The notes beneath the pieces are model-generated. The model was not told where the DNA came from. It did no database searches and saw only the letters and a program-made list of their open reading frames with translations. Shown piece after piece: positions 7,563 to 15,854 of a stretch of 28,651 bases of DNA. The position numbers were made by a program, and so were the translations under genes. How positions within the stretch are numbered: the stretch's first letter is position 1; each line of letters opens with the position of its first letter. This DNA comes from Halobacteriota archaeon (GTDB lineage Archaea; Halobacteriota; Syntropharchaeia; DAOWMC01), in contig JAXHTN010000001.1 of NCBI GenBank assembly GCA_034190145.1, positions 1 through 28,651 on the forward strand, read 5' to 3'.

Positions 7563-8858
7563 ATGCTTACAAGAGAAGAGGTTTCAAAGATTTTGCTTGA
7601 AGTCGGTGCGGTAAGCTTCAACTTGAGAAATCCGTTCAAGTATTCATCAGGAATTTTGACTCCGATACAGATCGATTGCAGCTTCTTGGAATCTTTTCCC
7701 GAAGAGAGAAGTAGAATCATAAATACAACTCTCGGATTTATCGAGGATATTAATGAGGAGATCGATGTAATTGTTGGATGTGGTCCGTCCGCAATTCCAC
7801 TTGCAACGCACATTGCATCACATCTCAAGTTAAAGATGGTATATGTAAGGGCCTCAAAGAAGGAGTATGGTAAGGAGAAGCAGATAGAAGGAACCATACC
7901 TGAGAATAGCTCTGTCTTACTCGTATGTGACGAAGTGTCTGCAAGAGATGACATTCCGATAAGTATCGAAGCACTAAAGGGACGCAATGCAAGGATAGTC
8001 CACTGCCTCACAATATTCAACTACAATCTTGGAATTCAAGAAAAGCTTCTTGAGCAAGAGAGAATTTCTCTACACAGCCTGACAGACCTTGAGACACTTC
8101 TTGACGTTGCTTATAAAGAAGAAAAGATCTCAGATGGCGATCTAAAGGACGTGAAAAAGTGGGTGAAGGGGCCTGAAGAATGGAGCAAGAACTGGAAAGA
8201 AAATAGAACGCCCATCATCTTAAAGAGTAGTGGTAGGGATGTAGCAGAGATACTCCTCGGAATAAAAGCAGTGACTCTCAGCCCTGATGAACCTTACAGG
8301 TATGCCTCGGGGATGCTGAGTCCGATCTATACGGACAACAGGCTCCTTATGTCAAATCCCAAGGAATGGGAATATGTCATCAACTCGTTTGCTGAAGTAG
8401 TTGAGGGTGTTATTGGAAGGGGCGAGATCGATCTCATTGCAGGCACTGCCACTTCCGGTATATCTCATGCCGCTTATCTTGCTGAAATTCTGGGACTGCC
8501 GATGGTATATGTCAAATCTTCACCTGAAGAGCACGGCAAGCGTAACAGAATAGAGGGTAAAATAACCAGCGGTGATAGAGTACTTGTAATAGAAGATCTG
8601 ATAAGTACAGGGACCTCAGCCATCTCTGCTGCAAGAGCTCTCAGAGAATCCGGTGGGATAGTAGATTGGTGCCTTGCAATATTCTCATATCAGATGGAGG
8701 CCTCAAAATCGGCATTTGAAGAAGAGATGATAAACCTCATAACACTCACGGATCTAGCTACATTGATCGATGTCGCAGTTGATAGGGATTACATCAAGTC
8801 TTCGGAGAGAGAGATCATCCTAAACTGGGCAAAAAATCCGAAAGATTGGAAAAAATGA
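7563..8858 (+). CDS. pyrE: Orotate phosphoribosyltransferase, tandem two-domain fusion
   Basis: Two OPRT-like repeats (about aa 1-224 and 225-431). The C domain has YASGMLSPIYTDNR and VLVIEDLISTGTS. The N domain has KYSSG and YVRASKKEYG but a degenerate PRPP motif. Confidence 0.92.
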   Translation: MLTREEVSKILLEVGAVSFNLRNPFKYSSGILTPIQIDCSFLESFPEERSRIINTTLGFIEDINEEIDVIVGCGPSAIPLATHIASHLKLKMVYVRASKKEYGKEKQIEGTIPENSSVLLVCDEVSARDDIPISIEALKGRNARIVHCLTIFNYNLGIQEKLLEQERISLHSLTDLETLLDVAYKEEKISDGDLKDVKKWVKGPEEWSKNWKENRTPIILKSSGRDVAEILLGIKAVTLSPDEPYRYASGMLSPIYTDNRLLMSNPKEWEYVINSFAEVVEGVIGRGEIDLIAGTATSGISHAAYLAEILGLPMVYVKSSPEEHGKRNRIEGKITSGDRVLVIEDLISTGTSAISAARALRESGGIVDWCLAIFSYQMEASKSAFEEEMINLITLTDLATLIDVAVDRDYIKSSEREIILNWAKNPKDWKK

Positions 8859-8875
8859 GCGTATAAAACTCTTTT

Positions 8876-9025
8876 TTACCTATCCACCGATATCTTGACG
8901 TTCTTAAAATCGGGATCTACACCACTGAGTGGACCGATTGCACCGACGAGACCGCCTCCGAGCATCGCCTGTACAAATGCATTCAGTGGAATATTCTCAC
9001 CATCTATTGTAACCTCAACCTTCAA
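8876..9025 (-). CDS. Small protein (49 aa) resembling the C-terminal extension of archaeal MobB
   Basis: Missed by the track. MKVEVTIDGENIPLNAFVQAMLGGGLVGAIGPLSGVDPDFKNVKISVDR. TTG start 5 nt after the moaA stop, with GGTGAGG SD overlapping that stop. The family call is from memory of the V..dG..IPLN.FV motif. Confidence 0.75.
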   Translation of the reverse strand: MKVEVTIDGENIPLNAFVQAMLGGGLVGAIGPLSGVDPDFKNVKISVDR

Positions 9026-9030
9026 TACCC

Positions 9031-9930
9031 TCACCCCTTACAGAATGGTTCTCTATTACTTACAGCCAGTTTAAGCGCATCACGCATCTCAATAAGCGAG
9101 AGTCCATTGACATCAACAAGACCTTCATTACTCAAGAGACACGGTTTCAACTTTCCATCGGACGTCAACCTGAGACGAGTGCAGTTTGCACAGAACTCCG
9201 AGTTGTCCACTGGTCTTACAATCTCAACCTCGGCACCATCCACGAAATATTTTTTCCTATGGTGCATCTCCCTTACAACCACGGAATCGGACTGTGACTT
9301 CAGCACATCCTCTATCTGTACCATATCGAATTGATATTCAGGTATGTTCTTGAAGTCCATGAGTTCGATGATCTGCAAGATCAGGGGCCTTGCCTTAACA
9401 AAGTCTATCATATCCGCTATCTCCGAGTCGTTTATCCCTCGTAAGATGACCATATTCAACTTGACAGGCGTAAGATCAGAATCGATTGCACACTCTATAC
9501 CCTCAAGTACCTTCGATAAAACGCCCTTTTGGGACCCAGTTATGAATTTGTACTTCTCTTCATTTAAAGTATCCATACTGATATTTACTCTATCAAGTCC
9601 TGCATCAGAAAGCCTTGCAGCATAATCGGAAAGCATTGTCCCATTTGTTGTAGCAGAGATCTCGCCAATGGGGGGAAGAGAAGAGATAATATCAACAAAA
9701 TCCTTACGCAAGAGCGGCTCTCCACCAGAAAACTTAACTTTACTGACGCCGAATGAAGAAGCAGCGGTAACAACACGGGAGATGGTATCACTATCCACTT
9801 CAGAACTCCCACCCCTACCTACTTCACCCTCATTATGACAGTAGATGCAGTTCTGATTACATCTGTTTGTTACAGAAATTCTTAGACTTTTGATAGCTCG
9901 GCCGTAGTTGTCTATAAGTCTATCACTCAT
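9031..9930 (-). CDS. moaA: GTP 3',8-cyclase MoaA
   Basis: LIDNYGRAIKSLRISVTNRCNQNCIYCH (CxxxCxxC), GGEPLLR, TTNG, RVNISMDTL, FCANCTRLRLTSDGKLKPCL. Confidence 0.96.
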   Translation of the reverse strand: MSDRLIDNYGRAIKSLRISVTNRCNQNCIYCHNEGEVGRGGSSEVDSDTISRVVTAASSFGVSKVKFSGGEPLLRKDFVDIISSLPPIGEISATTNGTMLSDYAARLSDAGLDRVNISMDTLNEEKYKFITGSQKGVLSKVLEGIECAIDSDLTPVKLNMVILRGINDSEIADMIDFVKARPLILQIIELMDFKNIPEYQFDMVQIEDVLKSQSDSVVVREMHHRKKYFVDGAEVEIVRPVDNSEFCANCTRLRLTSDGKLKPCLLSNEGLVDVNGLSLIEMRDALKLAVSNREPFCKG

Positions 9931-9940
9931 AGCGACAACT

Positions 9941-10084
9941 TCAGACTTCTCTTCTTCTTATTTCTCTTTTTTTATTCCTACTCAGTAGGGCCAAGTAGAT
10001 AAAATAAAGAGCCATCGCTAACCCAAGATATAAAACTACAAAAACAGCTCTATCCGAGACATACAAAATATCCAAGAATTCCAT
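9941..10084 (-). CDS. Putative small single-pass membrane protein (47 aa)
   Basis: Missed by the track. MEFLDILYVSDRAVFVVLYLGLAMALYFIYLALLSRNKKREIRRREV has one hydrophobic helix and a basic tail. It fills the gap between the two neighbours with 10-11 nt spacers. Confidence 0.6.
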   Translation of the reverse strand: MEFLDILYVSDRAVFVVLYLGLAMALYFIYLALLSRNKKREIRRREV

Positions 10085-10095
10085 TAATAGTCCAT

Positions 10096-11316
10096 TCAAT
10101 ATATTGACTTTAGATAGTCCAACTCCTTCTTAAAGATATCTGTTTGTTCCGTCAGGTTCTTCTCGGTCTCTTCTATTCCAAGATCTTTTGTATCTTGTAC
10201 GAAACTTGATACTCTTGCCATCCAGACAGTTCTGAGACTGTCAACAGCCTGAATCTTCCCGTAACCGTTCTTTGGATGTTTGTAGTCTGATGCAATGTTA
10301 TAAACAATTTTTGCCCAAAGTTCCGGCTCTATGTAAGTAAGATTTTCTTTAGTCGCCTTCTCCAGCTGCTCGTACAACTCTTTTTCAAGCATTTTTTGGA
10401 AATATGACCTATAATCCCTGTACCCGGCTCTGAATCCGTTATCAAATTTCTTTATATCGACACCCACAGGAGTTGGCATCTGACCATGATACTTGGCCTT
10501 TACTTTCTTTACACTCAGAGGATGTTGATTCTTCTTCCACTCCATTTCATAATAGTCCATGAGTTCAAACATCGTTCCGACTACCTGCCTGAACATGGGA
10601 ACAAGATGCTTCTCAGGAGCAAGATAGTTAGTTGTGGACTCATGCATCTTTAGACCAAGTAGAGTCTGTTGAATCACGTACTTGTTTACAGCAGCAAAAG
10701 TGGTTATAAATATATCTATCCCAAAATCACCGGGAAATAACGGGTGCTCAAGAAGTTCTCTTACACATTCTATCGAGAGACCATACTCACCGCAGATAGG
10801 CTGTCTAACACCAACACTGTGTAGCGATTCGGTGAGTGGATAGGCTATATGATTTGTTATACTACCATCGTTTTTATCCCGAACATAGTATGGAACTACA
10901 AGATCCGAGATCCCATACAAAGGTGGTTTTCCGAGGTGTTCAATCCATTCAGGATGGATACTGAGCAGATCCCCATCGATAAGAACAACAGAAGAAGCAT
11001 CTACTTCTGATGCTATCTCAAATATGGTCCTAATACCGTTGCCTTTACCTGGACCTTTCATCTGTTCTGTTACTATTTTTGGCACTTCCTTTGGCAGTTC
11101 AAACATCTCTGCAAGTTGGATCGTCCTATCGGTCGAAAAACCGTCTGATACAACCACAAGCCCATTATAATCAGGAAAATACTCCGTAAGGGCATTGCCT
11201 GCCGTATTGAGTACGTGAACTATCGTTGTACTCACATTCTTCGTGGATATACCAACAACAATATCCACAGGTTTTATCCTATCAACTTTATGTTGAAGTG
11301 TTTGTGTTAGCGCCAT
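10096..11316 (-). CDS. Glucosylglycerate synthase-like GT-A glycosyltransferase, paralogue 1
   Basis: VDIVVGI, VVSDG.STDRT, PGKGNG, IDGDL (DxD), VPYY.R...DGSITNH, VRQPICGE, FGIDIFITT, MFRQVVGT match the Ggs/Mgs-like family. The substrate is not established. Confidence 0.8.
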   Translation of the reverse strand: MALTQTLQHKVDRIKPVDIVVGISTKNVSTTIVHVLNTAGNALTEYFPDYNGLVVVSDGFSTDRTIQLAEMFELPKEVPKIVTEQMKGPGKGNGIRTIFEIASEVDASSVVLIDGDLLSIHPEWIEHLGKPPLYGISDLVVPYYVRDKNDGSITNHIAYPLTESLHSVGVRQPICGEYGLSIECVRELLEHPLFPGDFGIDIFITTFAAVNKYVIQQTLLGLKMHESTTNYLAPEKHLVPMFRQVVGTMFELMDYYEMEWKKNQHPLSVKKVKAKYHGQMPTPVGVDIKKFDNGFRAGYRDYRSYFQKMLEKELYEQLEKATKENLTYIEPELWAKIVYNIASDYKHPKNGYGKIQAVDSLRTVWMARVSSFVQDTKDLGIEETEKNLTEQTDIFKKELDYLKSIY

Positions 11317-11348
11317 GAATAAATCATCCCCTCATTTTTTTTTCAGCC

Positions 11349-11441
11349 ACCATTCAGATGGTAAGATCAATCATTTTTGATCTTAAGCGATCATTATTAT
11401 GAACACTTATTAAAGATTTGTGACCACGTTTATGGTCATAA
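11349..11441. promoter_or_regulatory. Cluster of palindromes in the divergent GT1/ppdK region
   Basis: ACCA-N6-TGGT at 11349-11362 and at 11423-11436; TAAGATCAA-N6-TTGATCTTA at 11362-11385. Confidence 0.45.
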
Positions 11442-11620
11442 CTAACACACAATATATAAACTTATGGCTGACGCAGGCTTATAATATTTTTTTCAGATTC
11501 CCCTGGTATCGTTTTGGTAAAATCGTATAGAGGCTCGAGAACTTACCCAAATACCTACGGGTTGCACAAACATTTAAATATATGGAAGGATACAGAGCTA
11601 AGATTAGGGGGGTTTCATAT

Positions 11621-14428
11621 ATGCAAGAAACTATAAAGGTACCAAAATTTTCATATAAATTCAGCGAAGGGGATAGCTCAAGAAGGGATTTGCTTGGGGG
11701 AAAAGGTGCGGGCCTCTGCGACATGACACAGATAGGACTTCCGGTACCACCTGGTTTTGTAATTACAACTGAGACCTGTCTTAAATACTATGAGAATGAT
11801 AAGAAACTTCCGAAGGAACTGATCGACGAAGTTAAAGAGAATATGAAAGCTCTTGAAGAGACGACTGGTAAGACCTTCGGTGGCAAGAAGAACCCTCTAT
11901 TGGTATCCGTAAGATCCGGAGCTGCCATATCTATGCCTGGGATGATGGATACGATCTTGAATTTGGGACTCAACGATCAAACGGTAAACGGTCTTGCAAA
12001 AGCCACGGGTGATGAACGTTTTGCACTTGACGCTTACAGGAGGTTTATGGCCCTATTTTGTAAAATTTCATTAGGGCTTGACGATAAACCGTTCGATGAG
12101 CTTCTTGAAGATGCCAAGAAGAATAAGGGAGTAAAATATGATCATGAACTTGATGTGAATTCCCTAAAAAGATTAGTTAGCCAATACAAAGACATATGCA
12201 GGAGCAAAACTGGTAAAGATTTCCCTTCAGATGTATTCGAACAATTAGAATTATCAATCAAAGCTGTTTTTGATTCTTGGAACGGAAAGAGAGCTATTGA
12301 CTATAGAAGAGAGTTTTGTATCACAAAAGAGATGGCCAATGGGACTGCTGTAAACATTGTCTCGATGGTCTTTGGTAATATGGGAAACACTTCAGCAACC
12401 GGTGTGTTATTCACAAGAGACCCTGCAACAGGAGAGAATGTATTATATGGGGAGTATTTAGCTAACGCTCAAGGTGAGGACGTAGTTGCAGGAGTGAGGA
12501 CACCGAATCCTATAATCGACCTTAAAGACGAAATGCCAAAGCTATACGACGAACTTATGGAAGTTCGAGGAATACTGGAGAAACGGTATTCTGAAGTGCA
12601 GGATTTTGAGTTCACAATCGAGAAAGGGAAGCTGTACATACTGCAGACAAGAAATGGGAAAATGGGGCCCAATGCACTAGTTAAGACTTCAGTTGATATG
12701 GCAGAAGAAGGTATACTTACAAAAGAACAGGCGATTCTAAGAGTTAAACCGGAAGTAATAGAGCAGTTGATGCACAGTCGTATTGATCCGAATAATAAGT
12801 TGGAACCAATTGCTTTCGGTATTGCTGCTTCCCCTGGTGCTGCAACAGGCCATGCGGTCTTCGATGCTGATGAAGCAGAACGTAGGGGAAAACTCGCTCA
12901 GGATATCATACTTACCAGGATAGAAACAAAGCCTGAAGACATTCATGGATTCTTTACCGCAAGGGGCATTCTTACCAGTCGTGGTGGGAAGACAAGTCAT
13001 GCAGCAGTAGTTGCAAGAGCTATGGGAAAACCATGTGTTTGTGGTGCCGAAGAGTTGACAATAGATGAGAATGCAAAAATTGCGACTGTTGGAGATCTAA
13101 AGATAATGGAGAATGATCTTATCACAATCGATGGGAGTACCGGTAACATATACATCGGCGACGTCAGTAAGATAGAGCCGGAGATCTCAGAGGAACTATT
13201 TACTCTCCTTGATTGGGCGGATAATATCAGGACTCTCGGTGTAAGAGTAAACGCCGATACAGCTGATGACGCAAAGGTTGCTTTAAACTTCGGTGCAGAG
13301 GGCATTGGACTATGTAGGACTGAGAGAATGTTTAATCTACCTGACAGGCTACCGGTTATGCAACAATTGGTAATGGCAACCACAAAAGAAGAAAGGGAAG
13401 TCGCAATTAAAAAGTTGCTCCCAATGCAGAAGAGTGATTTCAAGGAGATATTCAGGGTCATGCAGAACCGTCCCGTGACGATCAGACTTCTTGATCCGCC
13501 ACTTCATGAGTTCTTGCCAAGAAGCGAAGAGATTTCAAGAGAGCTTGAGACACTCAAAGAGCTTAAAGCGGTAATAACGAAAATTGAGACGACACCAAAC
13601 ATCACTAAGGTCATGGATGAGAAGATACTTGAACATCTGTCCAAAGTTGACAAGCTGCTCGAGGATGTCAAGAGTGTTGGTAGGGGCAAGCATATTGACG
13701 AACTTATTAAATCAAAGATTGAAGGCCTTGAGAGGATAAGTACATTCTCAGAAGTTAACCCAATGCTGGGTCATAGGGGCGTCAGGATAGGTATAACATA
13801 TCCCGAGATATACGAGATGCAGATAAAAGCGATTTTAGAGGCCGTTGCAGAAGTATCATCTGAAGGAATAAACATCCACCCGGAGATTATGGTTCCGCAG
13901 GTATGTACTGGACAGGAGCTTAAATGGGTATATGATATTGCAAAGAAGACCAGTAAAGAGATCGAAGCCCAGCTTGGAGTGAAGGTGAAGTATAAATTTG
14001 GGACGATGATGGAGGTCGTTAGAGCGTGCATGAGAGCAGGAAGGTTAGCGGAGATTGCTAGCTTCTTCTCCTTTGGTACAAATGATCTGACTCAGGCAAC
14101 ATTTTCATTCTCAAGAGAAGATGCCGAGAACAAGTTCTTGCCACTTTATAACGAAAGGAAGATACTGCAGGATAATCCCTTCGAGATACTCGATGTCAAA
14201 GGCGTAGGTAGGTTGATGTTAATTGCAATTAGGTGGGGCAGAAAGACCAGAGAGAATCTTAAGATAGGTATCTGTGGGGAGCATGCGGGCGAACCCAGGT
14301 CGATCAAGTTCTGTAACAGTGCAGGCATTGATTACGTTAGTTGTTCACCATACAGGGTTCCGATTGCAAGACTTGCCGCTGCACATGCAGTAATTGAGGG
14401 TGATACCTTCGATCTACTCTACGATTAG
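11621..14428 (+). CDS. ppdK: Pyruvate, phosphate dikinase
   Basis: LLGGKGAGL, PLLVSVRSGA..SMPGMMDT, GGKTSHAAVVAR (phospho-His), GIGLCRTE, FSFGTNDLTQ, GICGEH. Start ATG 11621 after a GGGGGT SD and TTTAAATA box; the track uses 11582. Confidence 0.97.
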   Translation: MQETIKVPKFSYKFSEGDSSRRDLLGGKGAGLCDMTQIGLPVPPGFVITTETCLKYYENDKKLPKELIDEVKENMKALEETTGKTFGGKKNPLLVSVRSGAAISMPGMMDTILNLGLNDQTVNGLAKATGDERFALDAYRRFMALFCKISLGLDDKPFDELLEDAKKNKGVKYDHELDVNSLKRLVSQYKDICRSKTGKDFPSDVFEQLELSIKAVFDSWNGKRAIDYRREFCITKEMANGTAVNIVSMVFGNMGNTSATGVLFTRDPATGENVLYGEYLANAQGEDVVAGVRTPNPIIDLKDEMPKLYDELMEVRGILEKRYSEVQDFEFTIEKGKLYILQTRNGKMGPNALVKTSVDMAEEGILTKEQAILRVKPEVIEQLMHSRIDPNNKLEPIAFGIAASPGAATGHAVFDADEAERRGKLAQDIILTRIETKPEDIHGFFTARGILTSRGGKTSHAAVVARAMGKPCVCGAEELTIDENAKIATVGDLKIMENDLITIDGSTGNIYIGDVSKIEPEISEELFTLLDWADNIRTLGVRVNADTADDAKVALNFGAEGIGLCRTERMFNLPDRLPVMQQLVMATTKEEREVAIKKLLPMQKSDFKEIFRVMQNRPVTIRLLDPPLHEFLPRSEEISRELETLKELKAVITKIETTPNITKVMDEKILEHLSKVDKLLEDVKSVGRGKHIDELIKSKIEGLERISTFSEVNPMLGHRGVRIGITYPEIYEMQIKAILEAVAEVSSEGINIHPEIMVPQVCTGQELKWVYDIAKKTSKEIEAQLGVKVKYKFGTMMEVVRACMRAGRLAEIASFFSFGTNDLTQATFSFSREDAENKFLPLYNERKILQDNPFEILDVKGVGRLMLIAIRWGRKTRENLKIGICGEHAGEPRSIKFCNSAGIDYVSCSPYRVPIARLAAAHAVIEGDTFDLLYD

Positions 14429-14460
14429 ACGAAGGTGTACAGCGGGCCTTGCAATACGAA

Positions 14461-15681
14461 TCAGTAAATAGACTTCAGATGGTCGATCTCTGTTCTGAAA
14501 ATCTCTGCCTGTTTCGTTAATATATTCTCGGCCTCTTCAACCTCAAGACCACTTGTGTCTTCGACATAACTGGAGACTCTGGCCATCCATAGAGTTCTCA
14601 GGCAATCAATTGCTCGTTGTTTCCCTTCATCGTCTTCAGAGTATTTATAGGCAGTTGCCAATTTGTAGATGCTCTTTGCCCATAGTTCGGGTTCTATGTA
14701 AGCCATCTCTTCTCTTGTTGCATCCTCAAGTCTACAACATAAATCTTCATCGAGAAGTCTGTTGAACTCAGTTTTGTATTGCTCATACCCTGACTTGAAG
14801 CCGTAATCAAACTTTTTGGAATCCACTGATACCGGAGTTGGTATCTGACCCTTGTACTTTGCTTTTGCCCTCTTTGCAACTATAGAATGATCATTACCTC
14901 TCCATTCATCCTCATAGTAGTTCATAAGTTCAAACATCATTCCCACAACCTGTCTGAACATAGGAACTAGATGCTTCTCAGGCGCTAGATATTTTGTAGT
15001 CGACTCATGGAGTTTGAGACCAAGCAACGTCTGATGAATTACATATTTTTGTGCAGCAACAAAAGTAGTTATGAATATGTCAATTCCGAAGTCTCCAGGG
15101 ATTAAAGGATGATTCAATAGCTCCCTAACGCACTCGATAGAGAGCCCGTACTCACCACATATCGGTTGTCTTACCCCGATGCCATGAAGAGACTCTGTAA
15201 GAGGATACGCTATGTGATTTGTGATAACACCGTCATTTTTATCCCTAATGTAGTATGGAACCACAAGATCAGATATCCCATATAAAGGCGGTTTTCCAAG
15301 ATGCTCTATCCACTCAGGACGTATACTTAAAAGATCCCCGTCTACCAGGACAACAGAAGATGCGTCAACTGCAGAAGCGATCTCAAAGATTGTCTTTATA
15401 CCATTACCTTTTCCGGGCCCACCCATCTGTTCAGTTACTATCTTGGGGATCTTTGAAGGTAACTCGAACATCTCAGCAAGCTGGATTGTTCTATCGGTAG
15501 AAAAACCATCAGAAACAACCAAAAGTCCGTTATATCCTGAAAAGTATTTGGTTAAACCGGTTGCCACAACATTCATTACATGGACTATTGTCGTGTCAAC
15601 GTCTTTTGTTGATATTCCAACAACAATATCAATCGGGCCTAATTTATCAATTTTTTCCTGTAGTTCTGGTTTAAGTGTCAT
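14461..15681 (-). CDS. Glucosylglycerate synthase-like GT-A glycosyltransferase, paralogue 2
   Basis: Same motifs as 10096-11316, with long identical peptide blocks. ATG 15681 follows GAGGG. Confidence 0.8.
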   Translation of the reverse strand: MTLKPELQEKIDKLGPIDIVVGISTKDVDTTIVHVMNVVATGLTKYFSGYNGLLVVSDGFSTDRTIQLAEMFELPSKIPKIVTEQMGGPGKGNGIKTIFEIASAVDASSVVLVDGDLLSIRPEWIEHLGKPPLYGISDLVVPYYIRDKNDGVITNHIAYPLTESLHGIGVRQPICGEYGLSIECVRELLNHPLIPGDFGIDIFITTFVAAQKYVIHQTLLGLKLHESTTKYLAPEKHLVPMFRQVVGMMFELMNYYEDEWRGNDHSIVAKRAKAKYKGQIPTPVSVDSKKFDYGFKSGYEQYKTEFNRLLDEDLCCRLEDATREEMAYIEPELWAKSIYKLATAYKYSEDDEGKQRAIDCLRTLWMARVSSYVEDTSGLEVEEAENILTKQAEIFRTEIDHLKSIY

Positions 15682-15854
15682 ATTTTCCCTCAGCAAATTA
15701 ACACATTTATTATTTAATTAGTAATATATTGTTATTTTATTGTATATAAATATATCTTTTTGTTATACTAAAATTTGCATTAGAAGATACCGTCCGAATC
15801 ACCCTCTCAGAAAAAGCTAACTAGAGAAAACAGAAAAAAACAGATATTTAACAA

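Noticed and set aside
14423-14440. GATTAG-ACGAAGGTG-TAC after ppdK resembles intron GATTAG(TCCAA)ACGAAGGTG-GAC
   Set aside because: Short gapped match partly inside coding sequence. Flanks and hairpins are not conserved, and matches of this size can arise by chance in 28 kb.
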